Assembly: GCA_041485165.1 (NCBI GenBank)
Contig: JBGPJC010000003.1
Coordinates: 17 to 64,016 of the forward strand
DNA: 64,000 nt
Direction: 5' to 3'
Source: Terriglobia bacterium
Lineage (GTDB): Bacteria > Acidobacteriota > Terriglobia > Acidiferrales > UBA7541
In this document: piece after piece, positions 10,801 to 19,645 of the stretch
Position numbering within the stretch: the stretch's first letter is position 1
Layout of the letters: the number at the start of each line of letters is the position of its first letter
Program-made: the position numbers and the translations under genes
Notes under the pieces: generated by a model
The model's database searches: none
What the model was told of the DNA's origin: nothing
Seen by the model: the letters and a program-made list of their open reading frames with translations, nothing else

Positions 10801-11460
10801 TCGGCAAACGACATCCGTCATCGCGTGGCCATCTCCGGCACGTGGGCGGTCCCGTTCGCCAAGGGGTTCCACGGCGTCGCCGGGCAGATCCTCGATGGCT
10901 GGAATCTCAGTGCCATTTACATTGCTCAAACCGGCGGGGCCTTCTCCGTCTACGACGGCAGCGGCAATGCATTGTGCTCCGGCTTCGACGGCACAAACTT
11001 CTGCTACCCGGTCATCACCGGCGCAGTGCCCAAGATGACCGATGTGCCGAACGGCAACGCGCAGAACAGCTTCGCTCTGTACGACGTCAGCGGGACATTC
11101 CAGAACCAGGAACAGTTCTGCGCCGGCGCAGCCTCACCCCTGACGTGCTCCGCCAACCTCAACCAGTTGACGCCCAAGCTGCTCTCCCCGCGCAACCTCT
11201 TCCGGACTCCCGGTATCTGGAATCTTGATACCGCGATCCTGAAGGATTTCCGGCTGCCCTGGGAGGGCAAGAAGCTGCGGTTCCGTGCGGAACTGTTCAA
11301 CCCGTTCAACCACTCCAACCTGTATGCCACGTCCGGAAGCAACCAGTTCGCCGGCTCCGGTCCCGCGGGAACCTCTATCATCACCGCCTCCCGTGGTTTG
11401 ACCAACGATGGCCGCCAGGAGCGCCGCAACATCCAACTCGCTCTGCGGTTCACTTTCTAA
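7897..11460 (+). CDS. TonB-dependent receptor with N-terminal carboxypeptidase-regulatory-like domain
   Basis: 1,187 aa with signal peptide ...GTALAQ. The GTVSGRVLDSTGATVPDAKLVL...GEYTVTAEKAGFK stretch is a CarboxypepD_reg domain. Plug and barrel segments follow, and the protein ends in the aromatic residues ...LALRFTF. AAGGAG lies 6 nt upstream of the ATG. Confidence 0.9.
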   Translation: MNQKQKEVMSRIRTVSEIGRAMLLLSAALLLVVAGTGTALAQSQYGTVSGRVLDSTGATVPDAKLVLANLATNAKQEGKSGADGLYLFANVIAGEYTVTAEKAGFKKTSVRIIVDVAQRLTADISLEVGQVTETVTVSAVSVEVNTVSGDLSRVITPREMESLPLLTLNPYNLIALTAGAAQTSAVLGDARGATGGISGEGGGFAINGARTSAVAYLMDGGENTDTFTASPAQTVPVDAVEEFRVQTNNMTSEFGRNAAVTNLITKSGTNAFHGSAYEYYRGAALSTNPFDNNARGLPKPNFVRNQFGASSGGPIFKDKTFFFGSFEAIRVRSSATSTFIVPNANFLADAAPSAVSFLNAFGGAPTSDPNNCLTAQTIVETVEGNGAGTYAANPLINPNTNAVIPAGTSLLCRASVLGPVDAGGGLAQNTWLATGRIDHRFTQNTALFGRYAFARSDNPPGANSLSPYQGFNTGIATRSQNGNLTLSHTFSPKVFSETRASYNRFSQDQPLASAPITAPCLTYLNTLNTPSGEPIVFPGYLPTVCAFASLPSGGPQNVYQAYQGFTWAHGRHTFKFGGGYTHIRDNHTFGALSSAFERTNSFQGLLNGTVDRIQVAINPRGHVPGDVYSTATDGPFISPSFTRHYHYNETAFYGEDSVKLTRRLTVTAGLRWEYFGVLHSPDGERGLDANLFLNSLGSVAPLVAGKDIFQQVRDARFSRTTQLYRPDYNNFGPRLGFAYDVFGNGRTVVRGGYGLFYDRNFGNALFNVIQNPPNYSVITLSGAALTTINPNQFTQLGNVGGAALTITSSARMLDNNLRTAYSEQWNLTVEHDLFGKGLVASVSYVGTNGFRLYSLNNLNPIGGCVRDPSINAVCNPASAAGSFRASRLNQSGLTGMNRRGNEGFSRYNGLSFELRSRQIGNTGLLLSGNYTWAHSLDNESSFFGDSAFEGAFGFGFRDPYNPALDKSSSANDIRHRVAISGTWAVPFAKGFHGVAGQILDGWNLSAIYIAQTGGAFSVYDGSGNALCSGFDGTNFCYPVITGAVPKMTDVPNGNAQNSFALYDVSGTFQNQEQFCAGAASPLTCSANLNQLTPKLLSPRNLFRTPGIWNLDTAILKDFRLPWEGKKLRFRAELFNPFNHSNLYATSGSNQFAGSGPAGTSIITASRGLTNDGRQERRNIQLALRFTF

Positions 11461-11479
11461 CTGATCATCCACTTCATAC

Positions 11480-11521
11480 CCGGGGGACAGGCTGTTTGAG
11501 CCTGTCCCCCGGCCGTTTTTT
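11480..11521 (+). terminator. Rho-independent terminator of the TonB-dependent receptor gene
   Basis: A perfect 13-bp stem CCGGGGGACAGGC / GCCTGTCCCCCGG with a 7-nt loop is followed by CCGTTTTTT. It sits 20 nt after the stop codon. Confidence 0.75.
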
Positions 11522-11747
11522 ACCCTGATAACAACTTCGTCGTCCCTTGACGTGAGCAGCCTGTCGGCTCTTGAGTGGTCGCCTGGGCGACCTCGCCGCG
11601 GGCGACCTTTCACTTTGCGGCTTAGACTTTGCCTCGGCATTCAGTCGGCGCCCCGCCCGCACCCTTCGCTGGCGGCAGCGTGTCACTTGTGTTAATCTTG
11701 CTTCTGCGAGATATTCACACTGGATTTGAACCGTAAGAGGCTTTGCT

Positions 11748-11783
11748 GGGGCTGCAATGCCGCACTTGCAGCCCTTTTTGTTT
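11748..11783 (+). terminator. terminator-like hairpin plus T-tract inside the typA leader
   Basis: GGGCTGCAA-N9-TTGCAGCCC is followed by TTTTTGTTT and ends 17 nt before the typA ATG. It could terminate a short upstream transcript or act as an attenuator. Confidence 0.5.
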
Positions 11784-11800
11784 GAGTGAGTTACGAGGAA

Positions 11801-13636
11801 ATGACGACCCCGATTCGCAACATCGCCATCATCGCCCACGTGGACCATGGCAAGACCACGCTGGTTGACGCCATGCTCCGCCAGAGCGGCATCTTCCGCG
11901 CCAACCAGGTTTTGACCGAGCGGGTGATGGATTCCAACGATCTCGAACGCGAGCGCGGCATCACTATTTTGGCCAAGAATACCGCCGTCTTCTTCCACGA
12001 CACCAAGATCAACATCGTGGACACCCCAGGCCACAGCGATTTTGGCGGCGAAGTCGAGCGCGCCCTGCGCATGGTGGACGGCGTGCTCCTGCTGGTGGAC
12101 GCCAGCGAGGGGCCGCTGCCGCAGACGCGCTACGTTCTGCAGAAGGCCTTGCAGGCCAAGCTGCCGCCTATCGTCGTGCTCAACAAGATTGACCGCGCCG
12201 ACGCCCGCACGCCTGCCGTTCTCGACGAGATCTACGACCTTTTCATTGACCTCGATGCCGCCGAAGATCAGCTCGACTTCCCCGTGCTCTACACCAACGC
12301 GCGGACGGGTGTAGCCCACCGCGAGCTGGGCGACTCGTCAGACAGCCTGCTGCCGCTGTTCGAGGCCATCGTGGCATCTATCCCCGGGCCGAGCGGCGAC
12401 CCGGAAGGCGTCCTGCAGGCGCAGGTCACCAACATCGACTACAGCGAATACCTCGGGCGCATCGCCATCGGACGCGTATTCAGCGGCACGTTTCGCCGCG
12501 GCGCTGATGTGGGCATCGCCAAGCTTTCCGGAGCCATTGAGCCCACGCGGATCACCAAGCTGTTCACCTTCCGCGGCCTGGAGCGCGACGAGGCCGAGCA
12601 GGTCACCTGTGGCGACATCGTCGCCATCGCCGGAGTCGAAGGCATCCAGATCGGCGAAAGCATCACCAGCATCGATAACCCCGCGCCATGCGAGCCCCTG
12701 GACATCGACGAGCCCACCCTGGGCATGGTCTTCACCGTCAACACCTCGCCGCTGGCGGGCCGCGACGGCACCTATGTCACCTCACGCGACCTGCGCGACC
12801 GCCTCAGCCGCGAGCTGCTGACCAACGTCTCCATCCGCGTTACCGACGCTGACACTCCGGAGGCATTCCGCGTGCTCGGCCGCGGCGAACTCCAGCTCGC
12901 TATCCTGATCGAAACCATCCGCCGCGAAGGCTACGAACTGATGGTCGGCAAGCCGGAGATCGTGGTGCGCACGGAAGGCGGCCGGCGGCTCGAACCGTTG
13001 GAAATGCTGGTGGTGGATTGCCCGGAAGAGTTCATCGGCATCGTCATCGAAAGCCTGGGCAGCCGCCGGGGTGAGATGTTGAAGATGGTGAACCACGGCT
13101 CGGGCCGTGTGCGCATGGAATTCCGCATCCCCTCGCGCGGCATGATCGGTCTGCGCGGCCAGATGCTTACCGACACGCGCGGCACCGCACTGATCCATTC
13201 CCTCTTCGCCGGGTGGACCGACTATGCCGGGGAGATGGCCATGCGTCCTACCGGAGCGCTGGTGGCCGACCGCTCGGGCGACTCCACGGCCTTCGCGCTG
13301 TGGAACCTGCAGGAGCGCGGCGAGTTGTTCATCGGGCCGGGGAGGGAAGTGTACGAGGGCATGATCGTGGGAGAAAACTCCCGCGAGCAGGACATGGACG
13401 TCAACGTCACAAAAGAAAAGAAGCAAACCAACATGCGCTCGTCCTCCGCGGACGAAGCCATCCGGCTGATCCCCCACCGCGAGCTGAGCCTCGAGCAGGC
13501 CATCGAATTCATTGCCGACGACGAATTCGTCGAGGTCACCCCGAAGAATATCCGCCTGCGCAAGAAAGTACTCGACGCCAAGCGCCGCCCGCGCCGCTGG
13601 CAGGAAATCCGCGCCAGCCTCGCGCAGCAATCCTGA
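11801..13636 (+). CDS. typA: translational GTPase TypA/BipA
   Basis: [22 protein letters not shown] (G1), DTPGH (G3) and NKID (G4) motifs are present, and the length and C-terminal domain are BipA-like. The ATG at 11801 is preceded by GAGGAA. The ORF opens earlier at GTG 11786. Confidence 0.95.
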   Translation: MTTPIRNIAIIAHVDHGKTTLVDAMLRQSGIFRANQVLTERVMDSNDLERERGITILAKNTAVFFHDTKINIVDTPGHSDFGGEVERALRMVDGVLLLVDASEGPLPQTRYVLQKALQAKLPPIVVLNKIDRADARTPAVLDEIYDLFIDLDAAEDQLDFPVLYTNARTGVAHRELGDSSDSLLPLFEAIVASIPGPSGDPEGVLQAQVTNIDYSEYLGRIAIGRVFSGTFRRGADVGIAKLSGAIEPTRITKLFTFRGLERDEAEQVTCGDIVAIAGVEGIQIGESITSIDNPAPCEPLDIDEPTLGMVFTVNTSPLAGRDGTYVTSRDLRDRLSRELLTNVSIRVTDADTPEAFRVLGRGELQLAILIETIRREGYELMVGKPEIVVRTEGGRRLEPLEMLVVDCPEEFIGIVIESLGSRRGEMLKMVNHGSGRVRMEFRIPSRGMIGLRGQMLTDTRGTALIHSLFAGWTDYAGEMAMRPTGALVADRSGDSTAFALWNLQERGELFIGPGREVYEGMIVGENSREQDMDVNVTKEKKQTNMRSSSADEAIRLIPHRELSLEQAIEFIADDEFVEVTPKNIRLRKKVLDAKRRPRRWQEIRASLAQQS

Positions 13637-13669
13637 GGTTCCCCCGCAAAGCTGCGATCGCCGGCACTG

Positions 13670-14158
13670 CTATTTCTTTTTCTTTTGCAGGCGCTTGAGG
13701 AGCTGGATCTGCCCGGCGTGATAAATGTCGTGAAAGCTTACCCCGAGGATGGAATCGAAGGCCGCCCACTTCGAACCCGGCGGTGGAAGCATGAGCCGGT
13801 CCGCGGGGAACGCTTCTACGGCTGCGCGAAGGGCGCGGTGTTCCCCCTCCAGCAGCGCGACGGCGTCGCGCCACGCCTTTTCGCCGCTGTTGCCGGTCGC
13901 CGGAAACCAGTTACTGCCTTTCAGCGCAAACGACCTGCGCTTTTCTCCGCGCAGCAGCCTGCGCACCGCGTACTTCCAGTAGGTGGAGTGCAGCACCAGC
14001 TCCCAGATGTTGTGACGCCCGCGAGCAGGCCGCCAGGCGGCTTGACCGGCCGTGACCCGGCGAATGCTTCCGCGCAGATTGGTTCCGTGCCAGGTCTTGT
14101 GGTCGTAGCCTTGGTCCAGCGCCCGCAGGAGAGATTGGATCTCCGGATGATTCACCAT
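13670..14158 (-). CDS. DinB-family protein
   Basis: 162 aa with a DinB-like four-helix pattern and spaced His residues (WHGTNL..., HSTYWKY, HDIYHAGQI). Confidence 0.8.
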   Translation of the reverse strand: MVNHPEIQSLLRALDQGYDHKTWHGTNLRGSIRRVTAGQAAWRPARGRHNIWELVLHSTYWKYAVRRLLRGEKRRSFALKGSNWFPATGNSGEKAWRDAVALLEGEHRALRAAVEAFPADRLMLPPPGSKWAAFDSILGVSFHDIYHAGQIQLLKRLQKKKK

Positions 14159-14361
14159 TACGCACCCCGCTTTGCGGTCTTTATCTTTGCGCGAAAATCA
14201 TAGCAGTTCCCGGTCCGCCAGCCACCCCGGGCTGGTTCTTTTATCACCGAACACGCCTGTGCCGAGCGGAGGATTGTGCGGATGCAGATGCAACCCCCGC
14301 TTCACCTGGAAACTCTTATCCTGATAGACTGAAGCAGAGGGTGGAAGAAGGCGCGGGAAAA

Positions 14362-15330
14362 ATGCGAAGCGTTATTTTCAAGTGTTTTGACCAACTCAGA
14401 TCGCCGACCCTGCTAGCGGTGCTCATGCTGTTCTCGGGTACATTTCTTTCTCTCCCGCTTACTGCGCAGCAGGAAGGACCGATGTCCGTGCCTCCTCTTC
14501 CTCCCCCGCGGGCGGAAAAGCCGCGTAACCCGCCGGCGCCCACGCCTCCGCCGCCGCAGAAGGTTGCGACTACCCAGCAATCCTCCTCCGGCATCTCCAA
14601 CCAGCCTCCGGCGCTCCCTGTTGAGCAGATCATCCAGCGGTTTGCGGAGCGCGAAGCGGAGTTCAGGACGGAACGCGGTAACTATACCTACGAGCAAACT
14701 TTCGTTGTGCAGGAAATTGGAGACAGTGGCCGGCCGGAAGGCGAATACCGCATGACCAGCGACATCCTCTTCACCCCGGAGGGCAAGCGCTACGAAACGG
14801 TCACCCATGCGCCTGCCCCCACTCTCCACAAGATATTTCTGTCCGAGCAGGATCTCGACGATTTGAAGAATGTTCAGCCCTTCGTCCTCACCACCGAGGA
14901 GTTACCGAAGTACGACATCACCTATGTGGGTCGCGAACAAGTGGACGAAGTCAGCGCCTATGTATTCGATGTGGGGCCGAAAAAAATTGAGAAGAATCAG
15001 CGCTATTTCCAGGGGCGCATCTGGGTGGATGACAAAGACCTGGAGATCGTCAAGACCTATGGAAAAGCCGTGCCCGACATCCGCAAGGGCAACAACGAAA
15101 ATGTTTTTCCCCGCTTTGAGACCTTCCGCGAGAACATCGAAGGCCACTACTGGTTCCCAACCTACACCCGCTCCGACGATGTCCTGCACTTCCGCTTTGG
15201 CGATGTTCACATCCGCATGAGCGTTCATTACGCGGACTACAAGCGCTTCCAGTCGACCTACCGGATCCTGGGATCGAGCCCCATCAAGCCGGACAAGCCC
15301 GAGAAGCCGGACAAGCCCGACAAGCCGTAG
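14362..15330 (+). CDS. secreted hypothetical protein with Pro-rich linker and C-terminal PDKPEKPDKPDKP repeat
   Basis: A signal-like N-terminus (LLAVLMLFSGTFLSLPLTAQQ) is followed by a PPLPPPRAEKPRNPPAPTPPPP linker and a globular beta-rich domain. I cannot name a family with confidence. Confidence 0.6.
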   Translation: MRSVIFKCFDQLRSPTLLAVLMLFSGTFLSLPLTAQQEGPMSVPPLPPPRAEKPRNPPAPTPPPPQKVATTQQSSSGISNQPPALPVEQIIQRFAEREAEFRTERGNYTYEQTFVVQEIGDSGRPEGEYRMTSDILFTPEGKRYETVTHAPAPTLHKIFLSEQDLDDLKNVQPFVLTTEELPKYDITYVGREQVDEVSAYVFDVGPKKIEKNQRYFQGRIWVDDKDLEIVKTYGKAVPDIRKGNNENVFPRFETFRENIEGHYWFPTYTRSDDVLHFRFGDVHIRMSVHYADYKRFQSTYRILGSSPIKPDKPEKPDKPDKP

Positions 15331-15380
15331 TCTTTGCAGGCCGGCCACCGCTGTAATTGAGCTGCCACCGGGCAAACGAC

Positions 15381-16577
15381 TCAACCGCCGCTCGATACCA
15401 CAGGCACAGCCGAGAGCGCTTGTCCGGCACAGAAGCCCGACGCCCAGGCCCACTGGAAATTGAATCCACCAAGGTGCCCGGTGACGTCGACGACTTCTCC
15501 GATAAAGAACAGTCCGCATACCTTTCGGCTTTCCATGGTCTTGCCGGAGAGCTCATCGGTATCAATTCCGCCCACGGTGACCTCGGCTTTCTCGTAGCCT
15601 TCCGTACCCGCAGGAATGATCTTCAAGTGATGGATGTCCTGCTCCAGCAAATCCAATGAGCGATTGGTCCAATCCTCCGGCGGGTGCAGGTCGAGCCAGC
15701 GGTCCGCCAGACGGTGCGGGATGATGCTGCGGAGTGCGCTTCTGGCCGTGGTCAGGTCGCGGCGTCCGCGCGCATCGCGGAGTGGAGTTGTCCATTGCCG
15801 CTCGGGCGCCAGATCAATCAGCAGCGGTTCGGACTCTTTCCAGTAAGAAGAAATTTGCAGAATCGCCGGACCACTCAATCCACGATGCGTGATCAGCATG
15901 TTCTCCCGGAAGCGCTGCCGGCCGCAGGATGCGACAACCTCGGAGGAGATTCCCGCAAGGTCGCAGTAATGCCGGCCATCTTCCTCATCGAACTTGAGCG
16001 GCACCAGGCCCGGTCGGCACTCGCGAATCGCCAACCCGAACCGGACAGCCAGGTCATAGCCAAAGGAAGTCGCTCCCAGTTTTGGGATGGACAGACCACC
16101 GGTTGCCACGACGAGTGCCGGGGCAGAAAACTCAATTTTGTCTGCACGGATGTGGAAACCGATGCTATGCCGCACTTCCTGAACAGTGGTGTTGAGAAAA
16201 ATGCGCACTCCGGCGAGACTGCACTCCTTTTCCAGCAGGGTGACGATGTCTCGCGCGGAGCGGTCGCAGAAAAGCTGGCCGAGCGTCTTCTCGTGATACG
16301 GAATGTTGTGCTTGGCGATGAGTGCAAGGAAATCAGATGGCGTATAGCGGGCGAGTACGGACTTGCAGAAGTGTGGATTTGAAGAGAGGAAGTTTTCCGG
16401 CCGCGAATGCAGATTGGTAAAGTTGCAACGGCCACCGCCGGAGATCAAAATTTTCTTCCCGATACGATCCGCGTGCTCCAGTACGGCCACATGCATGCCG
16501 CGTTTCCCGGCCTCGATAGCACACATCAGGCCGGCCGCGCCGGCTCCGAGGACAACGGCGTCGAAGGTGTGGGTCAC
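15381..16577 (-). CDS. BaiN/HI0933-family NAD(P)/FAD-dependent flavoprotein
   Basis: DAVVLGAGAAGLMCAIEAGKRG...ILISGGGRCNFTN is the characteristic HI0933-like signature. The C-terminus contains GLFFIGEVVDVTGHLGGFNFQWAW. Confidence 0.9.
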   Translation of the reverse strand: MTHTFDAVVLGAGAAGLMCAIEAGKRGMHVAVLEHADRIGKKILISGGGRCNFTNLHSRPENFLSSNPHFCKSVLARYTPSDFLALIAKHNIPYHEKTLGQLFCDRSARDIVTLLEKECSLAGVRIFLNTTVQEVRHSIGFHIRADKIEFSAPALVVATGGLSIPKLGATSFGYDLAVRFGLAIRECRPGLVPLKFDEEDGRHYCDLAGISSEVVASCGRQRFRENMLITHRGLSGPAILQISSYWKESEPLLIDLAPERQWTTPLRDARGRRDLTTARSALRSIIPHRLADRWLDLHPPEDWTNRSLDLLEQDIHHLKIIPAGTEGYEKAEVTVGGIDTDELSGKTMESRKVCGLFFIGEVVDVTGHLGGFNFQWAWASGFCAGQALSAVPVVSSGG

Positions 16578-16873
16578 AGGAGAGTACGGAGAAAAACACC
16601 ATTGTGTCTTGGATGATGCTCCTGCGGCGGGAGAACAGTCGACGGCATCGAGCCACCTGATTCAATTGAGCCTGGCGAATGGTGCCCCAAAGTGGACATT
16701 GCGTCCACTGGAAAGCTGGCCACGTTCAAAGAGGTGGATCTCGCGCCCGCCCGCGAGAAGCATGGTCCGCGCCGCCTACAGAGGTCCCGCTCCCTCAGAC
16801 TCTTGCGGAAATTATCCCGCCGAGCGGGTAGGATAGGAGCGCGCAGCCGGAGACCCAATTTACGAGGTGAAGG

Positions 16874-17905
16874 ATGAATGGTATTGCTAAGGTCACACTG
16901 GCCGGTACCTTGCTCCTACTGCTTGCGGCAGGCGCTTCCGCAGCGCCCGCAGAGGATTACATGGTCCAGAAAAAAATCACCCTGGGCGGAGAAGGAGGGT
17001 GGGACTACCTGACCATGGACGCTGCCGGGCGGCGATTGTTCATCTCCCGCGGCACGCGCGTGATGGTGGTGGATGCGGATTCCGGCAAACTCCTGGCGGA
17101 AATCCCTGACACGCCGGGAGTGCATGGTATCGCCCTGGCGGAAGACCTTGGACGCGGGTTCACCAGCAATGGCCGCGAGAACACGGTCAGCGTTTTCGAC
17201 CTGAAGAGCCTCAAAGTACTGAGCAAAGTCAAGACCGGGGAGAACCCCGACGCCATTCTCTACGACGCCGCGAGCAAGCAGGTGTTCACGTTCAATGGAC
17301 GGAGCAAGGACGCAACGGTGATCGATGCTTCGAGCGGCGACGTCCTGGCCACGCTGCCGCTGGGAGGCAAACCCGAGTTCGCCGTGGCCGACGGCCGCGG
17401 GATGGTTTACGTCAACATCGAGGACACCAGCGAGTTGGTGGCCATCGATGCCAAGACACACAAGGTCACAGCTCGCTGGCCGCTGAAGCCCTGCGAGGAG
17501 CCCTCCGGCCTGGCTATGGACAGGCAGAAGCGGAGGCTGTTCTCCGGCTGCGGCAATAAGGTGATGGCCATTGTGGACGCCGACAGCGGAAAACTGCTCG
17601 CCACAGCACCTATCGGTGACGGCGTGGACGCCACCGCATTCGATCCCGAAACCGGCCTGGCTTTCAGCTCCAACGGCGACGGCACGTTGACCATCGTCCG
17701 CGAAGAGGCGCCGGGGAAATTTACCGTCTCGGCAAACGTGCCGACCATGCCGCGCGCGCGAACCATGGCGCTGGACACCAAGACACACAACATTTACCTG
17801 GTCACCGCGCAGTTCGGGCCGGCACCGGCTCCCACCAAAGAGCAGCCTCGCCCGCGGCCGCCGATGGTTCCGGGAACCTTTGTGCTCCTCGTGGTCGGAA
17901 AGTAG
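16874..17905 (+). CDS. YncE/YVTN-like beta-propeller repeat protein, secreted
   Basis: A signal peptide is followed by repeated ~40-aa units with the pattern D..s.kv...i.vG..P.giA. Confidence 0.8.
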   Translation: MNGIAKVTLAGTLLLLLAAGASAAPAEDYMVQKKITLGGEGGWDYLTMDAAGRRLFISRGTRVMVVDADSGKLLAEIPDTPGVHGIALAEDLGRGFTSNGRENTVSVFDLKSLKVLSKVKTGENPDAILYDAASKQVFTFNGRSKDATVIDASSGDVLATLPLGGKPEFAVADGRGMVYVNIEDTSELVAIDAKTHKVTARWPLKPCEEPSGLAMDRQKRRLFSGCGNKVMAIVDADSGKLLATAPIGDGVDATAFDPETGLAFSSNGDGTLTIVREEAPGKFTVSANVPTMPRARTMALDTKTHNIYLVTAQFGPAPAPTKEQPRPRPPMVPGTFVLLVVGK

Positions 17906-17955
17906 AGCCGCTGACCCGGCGAGGAATCCTGCGGCAGGATGCAGGATCACAAAAG

Positions 17956-18612
17956 ATGATGAGCTCCATACGCGCGCGGCGATTTCATTTAGAGGAAATC
18001 GCCAACAGCCTCACTCACGGCGCTGGTTTGCTGCTGAGCGTTGCCGGGTTGGTGCTGCTGGTCATCCTGGCGGCAAGAAAGGGGACGCCCTGGCACATCG
18101 TCAGTGTGAGTGTTTATGGCGGCACGCTGGTGCTGCTCTACGGCGCTTCCACTGCCTACCATGCCGTTCGCAGTCCGCGTTGGAAGCATGTCCTGCGGAT
18201 TATTGACCACTCCTCGATTTATCTGCTCATCGCCGGCACTTACACCCCGTTCATGCTGGTGAACCTGCGCGGACCCTGGGGTTGGACGCTTTTCGGGCTG
18301 GTCTGGGGGTTGTCGGTGGCCGGCATTCTCTTCAAGATCTGGTTTGTAGATCATTTCGCTTTTCTCTCCACGGCAGTGTACGTGGCCATGGGATGGATGG
18401 CGGTGATCGCCATCAAGCCGGTGTTCGCGGCGTTGCCCAGCGGCGGGCTGATTTTACTTCTGGCGGGAGGACTCTCCTATACCCTCGGGGTCATATTCTT
18501 CGCCTGGAACAAGCTGCCGTACAACCACACCATCTGGCACCTTTTCGTGCTCGGCGGCAGCGTCACTCATTTCTTCGCGGTGATGTACTACGTGTTGCCC
18601 GCCCGGGCCTGA
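17956..18612 (+). CDS. hemolysin III / PAQR-family membrane protein
   Basis: Seven TM segments. Motifs EEIANSLTHGAG, IDHSSIYLLIAGTYTP and HTIWHLFVLGGSVTHF are present. Confidence 0.9.
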   Translation: MMSSIRARRFHLEEIANSLTHGAGLLLSVAGLVLLVILAARKGTPWHIVSVSVYGGTLVLLYGASTAYHAVRSPRWKHVLRIIDHSSIYLLIAGTYTPFMLVNLRGPWGWTLFGLVWGLSVAGILFKIWFVDHFAFLSTAVYVAMGWMAVIAIKPVFAALPSGGLILLLAGGLSYTLGVIFFAWNKLPYNHTIWHLFVLGGSVTHFFAVMYYVLPARA

Positions 18613-18631
18613 AGTTTCGCAATTCCGCTTC

Positions 18632-19600
18632 TTACTGCGCGAGGAACAGGCTCTGCGCGAATGGCCATTCCTCGTCCACCCACTGCGCGTCGCAGCGGAA
18701 CCCTGCGCGCTCGCCGAGGACGGCGACCTCCGCGCAGCGGAAGCGATGGCTGCTTTCCGTCCAGATGGTTTCTCCGGCGCGGAATTCCACCCGCAGCCCG
18801 GCATCGCGGACGTATACCCTCTGCTTTTTCTTCGAGGAGAGATGCATTTCAATTCGGCGGCTGCGGCGGTGGTAAAGCGCGACGTGCCGGAACTGAGCGA
18901 TGTCGAAGTCGCCACCCAGCTCGCGGTTGATGCGCGCCAGCAGGTTGAGGTTGAAGGCGGCGGTGACCCCCAGCGAGTCGTCGTAAGCGGCCAGAAGCTG
19001 AGGCTCCGGTTTCTCCAGGTCGGTGCTCAGCAGCAGCGCATCGCCGGGGAGCATGATGGCGCGAAGGTCGCACAGGAATTCCACCATCCTTGGCCGGTCC
19101 AGGTTGCCGATGGTGCTGCCCAGGAACAGCACCAGCAGCGGCGCGCCCTTCGGGCGTCTCTGCGCAACTTCGCACAGCCCTTCCAGGAACGGGCTGGCCA
19201 GTCCGGCGAACTCCACCTCTTCCAGCTCGAAGAGCTCGCGGCGGCAACGCTCGAGCGCCGCCGAGGAAACGTCAATCGGGTAATAGGTGGTCTGTTGGCG
19301 GCGCGAGAGCGCCTCGAGCACCCAGCGCGTCTTCTTCCCGGTGCCGCTGCCCAGCTCGGCGACCACCAGGCGTCCGGGCAACCGCGCCACCATCTCTTCT
19401 GCGTAGCGGCGGAAGAGCCGCTCGTCGGCGCGCGTCAGTCCGTACTCCGGGAGCAGGGTGATGACTTCGAACAGCGCCGTGCCCAGATCGTCATAAAAAT
19501 ATTTCGAGGGCAGCTCTTTCTGGCCGGCTCGCGTCAAACCGGCGCGCACGTCGGCGGCGAATTCTGTGAGGGGCTCGATTGCCTTCGCAGGGTAGGCCAT
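18632..19600 (-). CDS. egtD: L-histidine N(alpha)-methyltransferase (EgtD-like)
   Basis: LPSKYFYDDLGTALFEVITLLPEYGLTR, ELGSGTGKKTR and LFLGSTIGNL are the Methyltransf_33/EgtD signatures. The gene is immediately downstream of egtB. Confidence 0.85.
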   Translation of the reverse strand: MAYPAKAIEPLTEFAADVRAGLTRAGQKELPSKYFYDDLGTALFEVITLLPEYGLTRADERLFRRYAEEMVARLPGRLVVAELGSGTGKKTRWVLEALSRRQQTTYYPIDVSSAALERCRRELFELEEVEFAGLASPFLEGLCEVAQRRPKGAPLLVLFLGSTIGNLDRPRMVEFLCDLRAIMLPGDALLLSTDLEKPEPQLLAAYDDSLGVTAAFNLNLLARINRELGGDFDIAQFRHVALYHRRSRRIEMHLSSKKKQRVYVRDAGLRVEFRAGETIWTESSHRFRCAEVAVLGERAGFRCDAQWVDEEWPFAQSLFLAQ

Positions 19601-19645
19601 CGCTGATCTCCGTGATGACGCAGAGTCTTTGCTCAGTCTTCTTGT

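Noticed and set aside
7873-10929. Long minus-strand ORFs (495 aa at 7873-9360 and 500 aa at 9427-10929) antisense to the TonB-dependent receptor gene
   Set aside because: These are typical high-GC shadow ORFs. The translations are Arg/Gly/Ala/Val-rich with no recognisable domains. The plus-strand frame has clear TBDR motifs, a signal peptide, an RBS and a terminator.
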